Origin: Basidiobolus meristosporus CBS 931.73
Taxonomy: Eukaryota > Fungi > Basidiobolomycota
Direction: 5' to 3'
DNA: 50,724 bases
NCBI GenBank assembly: GCA_002104905.1
Contig: MCFE01000639.1
Location: 1 to 50,724, forward strand
Shown here: piece after piece, positions 33,001 through 44,388 of the stretch
Layout of the letters: every line of letters starts with the position of its first letter
Position numbering within the stretch: position 1 is the stretch's first letter
Position numbers and translations under genes: made by a program
The notes under the pieces: generated by a model
What the model saw: the letters and a program-made list of their open reading frames with translations, nothing else
Told to the model about the DNA's origin: nothing
The model's database searches: none

Positions 33001-36000
33001 TTTTATCTTTCAATCAAGCCATCAGCCTTGTATTTTGTCTTAAAGACCAATCTGCATCCAGTTGATTTTTGGTTGATTAGTAATTTGACTAAGCTCCAGG
33101 TATGATTTTCCATCCAGGACTGATATTCATCAGTCATTGCAGATCTCAAAGACCTTGTCTGAGGGCTACTTAGGGTCTCTTTTACAGTCTGGGGCTCATC
33201 AATATGGACTGAATAGGCATAGGCTAAGTTTGTACCATCATTAATGTAGTAATTAGGGCTATTTCTTGCCTGATTGGATCTCCGGGCATTTGATACTGGA
33301 ATGATCACTTCTGGAATATTCCTGAGTCCTGATTCAGACCAAAGCACAGTTTTAGAGTCCTCTGCAGGGAAAAAATTCTCATTGTTTTGCTCTGATTCAG
33401 TCCTGACAATTGGTGGACCTGAGATCAGATTTTTGTCATCATTAGATGTCATTTTTTGAGAAAATCTTGAATCTTCATCAAACAACACATCCCTGGACTT
33501 GATTAGCTTCTTTGCTTTGGTATTGTAGAGTCTGTATGCCATACTCTCATTGCAGTAGCCCAAGAATATGCATTTTACGCTTTTTGGCTCAAATTTTGAC
33601 TGATTTCTGGGCAGTTTCTTGGCATATGCTGTACACCCAAATATTTTTAGATGTTGTGCACTTGGTCTTTATCCATACCATGCTTGAAATGGAGTAGAAT
33701 CATGAGGTATTCTGTTAGAACTCCTACTCTTAAGGTATACAGCAGTGGCAATTGATTCCATCCTAAACTCATAGTATAATTTTTGATCATAGATCATAGA
33801 TCTTGCCATATAAATTATTGATTGGTTAGTATGTTCTGCTACTTGATTTTGCTGTGGGGAGTATGATACAGTAGTCTCTTGCTTTATCCCATGAATCTTG
33901 CAGAAGTGGATGAAGAGTTCTGAGGTATTTTCTCCACCATTGTCAGAGAGTATATTCTTGATTTTTTCACTAGTTTCTCTCTCCACCAGAGCTTCAAGCT
34001 CTCTGAGCTTAGACAGAGCTTCTTCCTTTCTCTCCATGAAGTAGACCCATGTGTATCTTGTATAATTATCAATGAAAGTGATCACCTACTTCATCCTGCC
34101 TAGGATAAATTTTGCATAGGTCCACACAGATCTGAGTGAACTGGATCTAATTTTTTCTTAGTTTTGATTAACCCAAAGCTCTTGAACAGTTGTCTGGCTT
34201 GTTTCCCTATATACAGGCTTCACAGTGCTCCAAATCAGCTGGGGAGTCAGTTTTTACTTCAGAAATTAGCTGATCTTGGATCATTTTGCGCAAATAATCA
34301 AAATTGATGTGCCCAAATCTCCTGTGCCAAAGCATTGGTGTTTCTTCATTTAAGTTACTTACATTGGCTTTCAAATATGATGGAATATTAGTCAACTTGT
34401 ATAGATTCTGATCTCTGATACCCGCAGCAATATGGGCACCATTTTGATCAGTGATCTTGCATCCAGAATTGTCAAAGCTGAAGCTGAGTCCTTCTGCAGT
34501 GGCCTTGCTTACAGATAGTAGGTTCTTGGCTATTTCTGGTACAGAGGGTACTTCTCTAATGGTCAGTGTATGGCTTCCTTCACTGCTTCTTGGATTTACT
34601 CAAATAGTTCCTTCTCCCACTGCATCAAGTGTTCTATTGTCACCCATGAAACCTTCTTAATTGGAGTTTCTTAATATTGGGTAAAAATTTCTATTTGGTG
34701 TGTAAAGTGTTGAGATGCTCCAGAGTCAATATACCACATCTGAGAGTCCTTTTTTGTGGTCATATTTAGTGCAGATATGAATAGTTGATCTTCAGTTTTT
34801 GCAGTATTTCCATATTCAGGCTTCTTTTGCTGATTATCTCTCTTTTTGAGAAACTGGTCTGATGTGTGTCCTTTCCTTTTGCAGTAGTTACAAAACAGGT
34901 TGCTGTTGCCTTTGTAGGGTCTTGGGTACCCCCTTTGTTGGTTATCATTGCTTATTAAGGCATTTTCTTCTTCCTTCCTATTGGCACTTGATTTTCTTGA
35001 TTCTTCATCCAGGAGCCATCCATATACATAACTTAAGGTCAAATCTTCAGTTCTGGACTCTAGGGCTGATACAAGGCCCTGAAACTTGTCTGTCAGGCTA
35101 TTCAGAAGGGGAACTATCACATCCTCATCAGTAGTTGGTATGCCCACAGATTCCATTTCATCTACCAGCAGGGTAATTCTGTTAATTAGATTTTTCATTT
35201 CTTCTCCTGGCATCATCTTTGTATTAAAGAATTTTTGTCTCAGATACATTTCTTAGCAGCTGAACATGACAGGTAGGTGTCTCCTAATGCTTTCCAGGCA
35301 TTCTTTGCCGTTTTTTCTCTTGAGCATTGAATTAGCAATTTGTCCTTAACATTAAGACAAATGCAGTTAAAGGCACTTTGTTCTTTCTTCTGATACTTTA
35401 AGTCTTCCTCTCCCACATTCTTAGGAGGGCATTCTTTTCCCATGACAATATCCCAAAGGCCTCTTTCTTTTAGCAGCATCTTCATCCTCACCTTCCATAC
35501 CTGGTAGTTAGATCCATTCAACTTTTCAGCAGAGGGAAAAATTCCAGTAATAGCAGTAGTAGACCTTGCATAGAGTGACAGCTTAGGGCTCATAGCCTGT
35601 TGTAGAGTCTTGGAGATATTGGAAGTGATTGGAAGAACAAGTAGATTATGTAGTTTTTACTTAGTGATTTATTGAATGTAAATGTAGTAGTTATACTTTT
35701 ACATGATCTTGGCATAACAAACATGTAAAATAGGCTAAGGAAGGTCCCAAGTGCATGTGTGCAAAGTTTGGGGCTGTTTGGACAACTTTGAGAATTTTCA
35801 AGTTCTGGGTACCTGGTATTATTAGTGAAAATATTCCAAGTAAATCCCAACAAGGAATTTGGTCAGTATTCTTTAGGTTTTGAAGGTAATGATATAAGTG
35901 ACAAAGTTAGGTGAATATTTAGGTAGAATTACAAATTTTTACAACAGAGACTGGTGTTTTTCCAGAGTGAGATTCTCCTTAACCAGGCTTTGATTTTCCT

Positions 36001-38010
36001 TGCTTGCCTAATAGTTATTTTCAATGCTGAGCTTGGTTTGCAAGGCTAGCTGACCTTATTAGTGTCTTCAGAATTCATAAAAACTATCTGGTTTATCCTT
36101 GCATTTTTTTCTTTCAGCTACATTCAGAGCAGACATCAAGACTTCTGCTTTAAATAATGTGCTCCAATATATACTACAATACCTGAGAGATCCTATTGAG
36201 ATCTCAAGGCTCTTCTGGGGTTTCTGGCTTGAGCACTTTGTATAAGAGGCTCCCTGGAGCATATCTACATTGCCAGATAGTCCAAATATAGCCTACATAG
36301 GCTTTTGCTCCATTTGCAAAGCACCCTATTATAGGATAGTAGTATTTTCCCATTTTTCTTCTTTTTCTCTCTCTGCTGATGACCAGGGAAAGTTCAGTTT
36401 GTAGGATGGTTCTGGACTTCCTTATAGATGTAACCATGGTGTATTTGAGCATAGAAGTCCTTGTGACATAACTGGTCCAGAATAGTTGACTATTTGAGAG
36501 TGATATAAGCAAAATTGGCATCCACTCACTTCAATCATGCACTTTGAATAGAGTTGATCAAATTTGATCAAATCAGCTGCACTTAAAAGCTAGTTTCATC
36601 AATACTTTGGTATTAGACTCCAATAAATCAGCTTTTAAGTTGCAGAGCTTGGAAGTAACTTGATCAATCACAATTCTTCTGATCTGATTCAGAGAATCAA
36701 ATGTCACCAGGTGTTTTCTCCCACTGTAATAAGTGACATATATATAACAAGTATAAAGCACTATGTTATCTTCTCAGTGTCTCTTAGTTGTATACTTGCC
36801 AACTGTTGCTTGGTTGTATACTCCAATCAGGCTTGCAATTATTTGATTCACTTGTTTTGGCTGGTGGTAGAATTTCCTTGAGTTGATTTTGCTAAGTTTG
36901 TATAATATATTCTCCCACTGTTTTGAGACTGAAACAGAGTGAAAGCATGTCTAACAGCTCCATATTTAGATTCTTGTACATTGGTTTCAGTATCAAAAAA
37001 CCTGATACAAATATAGCATTCTTCCAATGGATTGTGTAGCACATATCCATACTCCAGGTGGATATTTATTTATGATATATCAATAGGATCCTAACAATTG
37101 AGGGAGCTTGTTTCTGAGATCTTCTTCCATTAATAGGTAACTTAAAATGGTGGTTAACAGCTCCAGTATTTGCATTCTGAGCCTTATTTTGAGTAGCAAC
37201 AGAGTTGGTAAAATCCTCCTCCAGCAATCATTCAATAATGATCCATTTCTTTTCTTGCAATTCAGGATAACATCCTATCCAAAAGCTTGTCTAATAGTCA
37301 GTTAAGATCATATGAACACATATAGCAATACACCTCATTGTATATCTGGACCCACATTTGCTGGAATTACACAATATTCTTTATTAGTGGTAGAGCACCA
37401 ATGTACTCTATATCTAGATATACATTCATGCCAGCTTGATAGACTTACCTTTGTAACTAGCTTGCATAGTTACTGAATGAGTCTTTTGAAGGTAAGGCCT
37501 TCTTCTCCACAGCAATATTCTTGCAAACATAGTTCTTTTAGCAGCAGTAGTCATTGATGACTTTAGCAGTGCAAGAGTACAGAAAGTCTTTTGCCAGACT
37601 AGCAGAAAAGGATCCAAGGCAAAGTAGACACCAAGTGGACAGCAAGCTTGGGGCTTACAACCTGTTGCAGTATTATGAGCAATATTACAAGTGATGCGGA
37701 GAACTAGAGTATTTACATGTTATTCACCTGTAGATTTATTGATCAAAAGTATGGTATTTTTACTTTTGACAAAGTAGAGCACAGAAACGTGTGTAGTTTG
37801 CTAAGGAAGATCCCAGGAATATGTATGCAAGGTAAGGGGGCTTTTGGATAACTCTGAGAAAGATCATAATCTGGGTACCTGATAATTTGGTGCAAATATT
37901 CTAAGTAAATCCCAACAAGAAATTTGGTAAGGACTGAATGCTGGTCAAAGAATAAGATCTATGTGACTAAGTTAGCATGAATAGTTAGGTGACACTTAAT
38001 AATTACAACA
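30025..38010 (-). mobile_element. Old internally deleted copia-like element (LTR family D2), host of the full-length copia
   Basis: LTRs 30025-30372 and 37663-38010 (348 bp each); PPT beside the left LTR; PBS-like GGTTGTAAGCCC beside the right LTR; gag-like relic ~36200-37650; TSD TATAC/TATCC. Net length ~3.3 kb without the nested element. Confidence 0.8.
31266..35946 (-). mobile_element. Full-length degenerate Ty1/copia element (family D), 4681 bp, TSD GAGAT/GAGAC
   Basis: LTRs 31266-31615 and 35598-35946; PBS GGCTATGAGCCC; gag from 35593; WYIDSGASQH; LWHRRFGH; FIDNYTRYTW; HQMDVKTAFLNG; LYGLKQSPRAW; YVDDL; RNase H; PPT. Several stops and frameshifts. Confidence 0.96.
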
Positions 38011-38149
38011 TATCCTTGAGAGGTGTTTGAAATGCTTCTCCTTTGGACTTATACAACACCACACCAAACCAATTTGCTCAGATCTATAGCTCTAATTATG
38101 TTAGCTAACAACTCCAAGGCAATATGATATATCATGACAAGCTCCTAGC

Positions 38150-40550
38150 AAGATGAATATCAGACCACCAATCAATGTATTGCCAAGACAAGCCTTAAAT
38201 TTCTGATGGTACCAAGCTCTCATCATTTGGTAAAGTTCTAATCTAGTCAAGGTCTGTCTCTATTAGGGTAGCTGCCTGTTTACAGTCTTTTATTTGGTAC
38301 TTCTTAAGTCACCAGTGCAAAGAGTTCAGTGAAGTCTAGTCCTATTGTTTGAGGGTATCATTGTGCTACAGGTCTTACTTTGTTTCCTTCATTCATACCA
38401 GTGGACATGTATTTTGTCTTCTAAGAGTGATCTGCATCCATCTGACTTGTGTTTGATCAGTAATCTCATCAAGTCCCAAAACTGATTCTGCAGCAGTACC
38501 TCTTGTTCTTCAGTTATTGCAGCTATTCAACACTGCATCTGGGGACTATTTAGGGTTTCCTTGCAGTGTTGGGCTTTAGAGAATAGACTGAATAGCCCTA
38601 ATGAAGTGTGTACTCTAATTGATGTAGAAATTTTGGGCTATTGCTAATCAGGCTGGATCTGCTGCCTTACCATACTGAGACTGTCCCTTCTGGACTTCTT
38701 GTGAGCACTGATTCCAGCTGTACCACAGTTTTCAGGTCCTGTGGAGTGAAAAACAGTGCACTTCTTTGCACCAACTCAATCCTGACTGTTGGTAGTCCTG
38801 ATTGAGAACTTTTATCATCATTAGATATTGTTTTTGTACAGAGATATGAGTTCTTCCCAAAAAGAATATCCCTAGATTTGATTAATTTTGTTGCCATGGT
38901 ATTGTGGAGTCAGTTTGCCCTACTTTCACTGCACTAGCCCAAAACTATGATTTTCACTTTTTGGCTCATATTTTGACAGATTTCCAGGAAGTTATTTAAT
39001 AGTAGACTTTGCAATCTAATATTGCTGAGAGTGTTGTATATAATTTAGATTCATACCATGTATCAAGTGTAATATTTGCACCTTTATATTTGTCTAACTT
39101 GGTCACTTGGATCATTCCCTACAAGTCTCAGAAAATCTGGACCATATTACTTGTTGGGACTCACTGGGAATATTTTCACCAAAACATCAGTCATCTAGAA
39201 CATGAGATTTCTCAAAGTTGGCCAAACAGCCCCAAACTTTGCCCATATGCTCTTGTGACCTTCTTACATACATTCTGCATGCTTGTTTTGCCAATAGCAT
39301 ATAAAAGTACAGATACTACAATTATATTCAATAAGCCATTAAGTGAAAGCCACATAGTGTACTTGTTCACCTGTTCACTTTAATATCTCCAGTGCTCTTA
39401 CAACACAATGGGGTAGAACTGCAAAGTACTCAGCTACAACTCCTGTTTTTAAGATATGTAGAAGCAGCCACCAATTCCACCCCAAATCAAGGGAGCAAAG
39501 TAATCATGGATCATCAATTTCCATGCTAATTGTAGTATGTTGGCATAATCAGACACTCTATGTTGCAGTGTGGAGTATGGTGTGATAGTCTCTTGCTTTA
39601 TCCCATGAGTCTTGTAGTAGTGTGTGAAGAGTGTTAGGTATAGTCTGCAACATTGTCAGAGTGTACTTTTTAAATTTTTTTGCCAGTCTTGCACTTCACT
39701 CCAGCTTTCCACTCCCTGAACTTACATATAGATTCTTCATTTCTCTCCATAAAGTAGACCCAAGTGTATCTTGTATAATCATGAAAATTGCAATAAATAC
39801 CTCATAAAATATCTTCTTGATTTTCTCATCAGCTTCTCTCTCCACTATGGCTTTGAGCTTCCTGGGCTTTGACAGAGCTTCTTCCTTTCTTTCCATGAAG
39901 TAGACCCATGTGAACCTTGTAAAATCATCCAGCCTGGTGTATGTCCTTTCCTTTTTTAGCAACTACAAATAAGGTTGCTGTTGTCTTTAGAGGGCCTGGG
40001 TACCTCCATTGGTTGTTATCATTGCTTTTAATGTGTCCTCTTTTTCCTTTTTGTTGGCACTTAATTTTCCAAACTCCTGATCTAGGAGCCTTTGACATAT
40101 GTGATTTAAGATCAGATCTTCAGTTCTGGACTCTAGAGCTAGTACAAGGCACAGAAACCTCTCCAGCAGGCTATTCACAAGGCTGGGGTACTGTTTTATC
40201 TTCATCCTTAGTGCTTATCAACACCAATTTCATCTTGTGAACTAACAGAGGAGTTCTGATGATCAGATTTTTTGATTTCTGCTCCTGTGAGTAGCACTGT
40301 GGTAAAGATTTTGGTTTAATATAGACTTTCTTGACAGCTGAGCATGGCTGGTAGGTGTCTCCTAACACCTTCCAGGTGCTCTTTGTTGCTTTTGCACTTG
40401 AGCATTTCATTGGCAATTTGTCTTCAACTTTGAGGTAAAAGAAGTTGAAGGCACTTGGATTTAACTTCTTGTACCGTAGGTCCTCTTCTCCAACTCCTCT
40501 GGAAGGGTATTCTTCTCCTACAATAATATCCCTAAGGCCTCTTTCCTGTG
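38150..40550 (-). mobile_element. Highly degenerate copia relic (gag, integrase and RT fragments)
   Basis: ALESRTEDLIL, LDDFTRFTWVYFMERKEE; gag N-terminus homologous to 35240-35593. Confidence 0.8.
39061..39405 (+). mobile_element. Diverged solo LTR-D, TSD CCATG/CAATG
   Basis: 345 bp, collinear with 26041-26385. Confidence 0.8.
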
Positions 40551-40599
40551 TCCTAGATACATCTTCTAATCAGCTGAGCATAGCTGCTAAGTGACTTCT

Positions 40600-41500
40600 A
40601 ATATTTTCCTGGCATTTTCTGTTGTTGTGGCTCTCAAGCATGGAGTTAGCAGCTTGTCTGTGACATCAAACTTACTGCAGCTCAAGGCATAAGCAAACAC
40701 ATATATTTTTTGGTACTCAATAGTACTAGTGAGTATCAAAGTGTTACTTATACCTGAACATGGTCCTGACAAAACAAACATGCAGAGTATGCCTAGACAG
40801 GTCTGAGAGTATGTGTGTAAGGCCTGAGGCTCCTAGAGCAACTTTGAGATTATTCATGTCCTGGGTCCCTGATATCTTGGAGAAATATGCTAGGCAAGTC
40901 CTGTTTAGGAACTTGGGCAGGGTTCTCAGCAAGAGGGGAGGGGAATCCACCTCAAGCATAAGGTAGGTCTTGGCACACCAAGGCATAGGAGTTCAAGGTA
41001 AAAGTAAGGGGTTTGGAGATCAATGCTGGGGACTGCCACTGCATCTGGGGGTTCCCCTGTCCATTTCACTGGATCCCTGGAGATACTAGCAACAAGGAGG
41101 TAAGCAAGCACAGGTCTAACAACCAGTTGTGAGCATCGCCACTCTGTAACCTGTTTCTCAGCCACAACTGACAGGCCTGTTGACAGCCAAGTAGAGATGT
41201 CTGAGTAGATGGGCCCCAAAGGAGGTGAGTCCCGAAGGAGCAACAACCAAACCCAAGACCGCGTTGAAGAAGAAGCTCCGCCAGGGATATGGCCCACCTA
41301 GACGGGGCAGGAATCTGAACATGAGAAGCCCAGGTAGGACGGTCGATTGCCGACCGGTTGGACCAAATACGGGGACTTGCTGATCCCACCCGTTTCCAAT
41401 CCTGTAAGGGGGGGCGCCATGGTGACCTGATGGGGATCCATCCAAGGGTACGATCAGCCTCGGTGAATCTGGCTTCATGACCGACCGACCAACTAACCAA
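40600..41500 (-). pseudogene. Possible decayed non-TE coding sequence straddling the CpG boundary
   Basis: Gene-like GC content, chained minus-strand ORF fragments, no TE motifs recognised. Frame and identity unresolved. Confidence 0.3.
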
Positions 41501-43330
41501 CCAATCTTATCTAGATCGCCATCGGGTCAGATGCGTCACGAAGGGATAACCATCCATCCCACCAAGGGCCGCTCGGTACTCCAAGAATCTAACGGATCCA
41601 AGCGGCTCTTCTGTATCTTCGACTCGGATTAATCGGATGGCTTTCCCTGGTTTGGGACTCGAGCCTAATCGTCAGGCACCACACCCATCAATGGGCTATC
41701 AGATAGCACTCGATCTGACAGGTGACCGATCCTCAGCTAACCATTCAACTTGATCTCCTGGCCAATGGTCGTGAAACGGCAAGAATCATCGTCGGCATGT
41801 CCTATCGGTGGCTGCACCTACTTTCAATCCCCATCATTCCCCAACCTCCCCCCCCCAAATGGGAGCAAGAACCTTTCTCCCACTGCGTTTCCTGCGTCCT
41901 CCCAAGCATACCACAGTTCTGATCCACCTTGCGCCACCGTCTTCCTTGAGATGGTAGCGAGCGGAACTTCTATCCGGGAAACTTGAGTGGTTTGGGCGCC
42001 ACGGTCGAGGATTGGGGAGGCAACTCCCGACACGGGGAATCCCACATGGCCGGCCCACCTAGAAGGGGGGATCGCAGATCGAGGATTTCATTTACTGGAT
42101 CTACCCACCCAACCCGAGATAGTGGGCGAAGATGCTTTCCTGGTGTGAGCCCAGCTGTACCTGTCTGAGGGGGGCTGGAATCATCTCATCCCATTCCATT
42201 CCCCGGGGCAGCTAAGTGTCTCCCTGGCTCTACCGACCCCGGTTGACTGTTGGTTCATTCAGGTATGATCTCGCCCGTCTCCAGGACTCGCCTTCCCCCC
42301 CTCATGGTGTTGACAGTAAGAAGGTATGTTGTTTATACCGCCATCTCACGAAACCCATTCGAAGACAAGCGACTGCAGAGGGACATCAAATCTTCAAGGA
42401 AGATATGGATGGGGGGAAGAATCCCGGGCGGCCTGGCCTAGATGATCGAAGGAGTACCCTAGAGGTAACATCCAACGGAAACCCATCGCACGGGCTTCGG
42501 GCAGGGGGCGAGGGGGATGGGGGGAGGGGGGAGGATGGGGATAGGGATGGATGGTGGATGCAATCATATCCCTGTGCGGGCATCATTTCGCCATTTCAAT
42601 CGAAACCTCGATCCGGACTAGCGCACATGCCAGCCATAGCCCACCCTGATCTGGGCCGAAGCAATTAATTAATAGTTCCATGATTGGAAAGCAGGGGGAA
42701 GCAGGGAACGCCAGCTAGCGAAAGCTGGGGTCCGGGTGGTGTCGGATTGGATGAGGAGGGAGAGGGAGAGGAAGAAGAAGAGGAAATGGAAGAGGAAGTG
42801 GAAGTGGGAGGCCCATGATGCGTTCACGCAGGATTCCCTACCGCTGATGGCACCCGTCAGGGTACCATTTGCGAGGGGCATCTCTTAGTCAAAGGGGTCC
42901 ACGTCCGGAAAGGCCACTGTGCCGGGATTCGTCCGCGCAGCACCGTGCCCGACCAGAACGGGTGGCCCTTCTGGTATGTACCAATATGGGTTGCTCCCTC
43001 CACCTGGGTATGCCGTCCTCGCATCCTGATCTCCAACAGAAACCCCGACCCACTTGGATCATGACCAGATTGATTAGGTTTATATTCATTCAAGATGTAC
43101 AGTGGTCGTGGGATAGGGATACAAAAAATCTCGCCAACAGTGAATCCATACATTGATCAACTAGGCGTTGGGCTTCAAGGGATATCGTTGGGTGGGTGAG
43201 GGTGAGGGTGAGGGTGAGGGTAACTGCAGCCATAGCAATAGCTGAGTGTGGATATTGGTGTGTGGGTGGAAGTATACACGTGGGTGGGATGGTTTGGCTG
43301 TCTGGGCCATCCGGCCATCGACCGTCCACA

Positions 43331-44388
43331 TTAACTGGATTCCCAAGTGTAGTGGAAGGAACGTTGGTGATCGGGACATTGGAAAACGGAGGCGATACCG
43401 CAATCACCCCACATGTAGGAGATCATTTCGCACTCGGCCAGCTGTAGCAGGCAGTGCATGGGATGTCCACACCCGTCCACCTTGCATCTCGGATAATCCT
43501 CTGCCTGTATCCAGTATGGCCAACCGAACACTTTGAAGGACCCAGGCTTAGGGTGTAACCGGTACTCGCATATCTCGTCCAGCCTAGGGTCATCACTTTC
43601 TAGTCCTAAGTACCTGAGTGCCTCCTCCGACCCTTCTATCTCGTAGATGTGAGGGATTTCGTGGCACTGGTCCCAGTCCAGAATCGCACACTCCTTTAGG
43701 ATGGTGAGATCCGGATGGCTCGTGGGTGGGTGGATGGACGATAGGTACAAGGTTGTTTGGGTCCCCTCGGCCGGATGTCCCGCGCAAGGGATATGGTCTA
43801 GCTGGGAGAAGAGGTCTTTGGTATTTACAAGTCGGGCCAGGTACGTGTTCTGATCCAGAGAGACTTCTTGCCTACAGGTGGGGATCACGAGGAAGTCCCA
43901 AAACGTTAGCTCACTCTGTGCCCTCTGCTGGGGAAGTGGCGAAACCCACTTACTCGTCACAAGGGAGACACACGAAGAGTTGAAACAGCCCTTCGCCACC
44001 CGTTTTCTCCACATAAAGCGGATGCTGGGAAACCTTCTCCAGGCTCAGCTGTATGATGAATGTCACTACGGTGGGGGGGGACGAGTGATGGTAACGATTG
44101 ATCAGGACATGGGTGTGATGAAAGGGTAGGGAAATTGCATGATTGCTTGGCGCTGATGGTGCGTCGAATTCACTTACTTGGTTTCCCACATTCCCCACAG
44201 GCAGGCCAATCCACCTCGCCTTGATAGAAAAAGGGTCGAATCCCTCCTACTTTGGACTCTGTACTCTCGAAGGCGCGCTCGTCGCTGGACTCGTCATGTA
44301 GGTGATAGAGCGCGGGGACAAAACAAGGCCTGGAGAACAGCGCGATGAATGAGTTGGGTACCTGATAAGCCATGATGGCGCTATCCAA
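43331..44388 (-). CDS. DUF1963/YwqG-like protein, 3 exons, 287 aa
   Basis: Exons 44388-44178, 44065-43954, 43871-43331 (864 nt, in frame) with GTAAGT donors and AG acceptors. Motifs SKVGG..PF...WPACGECGKPMTFIIQL and KVFGWPYWIQAEDYPRC...LLQL...WGDCGIASVFQCPDH. Confidence 0.82.

Noticed and set aside
1-41100. Classical ascomycete RIP (CpA>TpA) as the cause of degeneration
   Set aside because: CpA and TpG remain abundant while CpG is missing in all contexts, which fits CpG methylation decay better. A CpG-directed RIP-like process is not excluded.
41983-43160. ORFs 42216-42668 (+), 42869-43156 (+) and 42857-43153 (-) as genes
   Set aside because: Overlapping, low-complexity, no recognisable domain or consistent splice chain; not supportable without transcript data.
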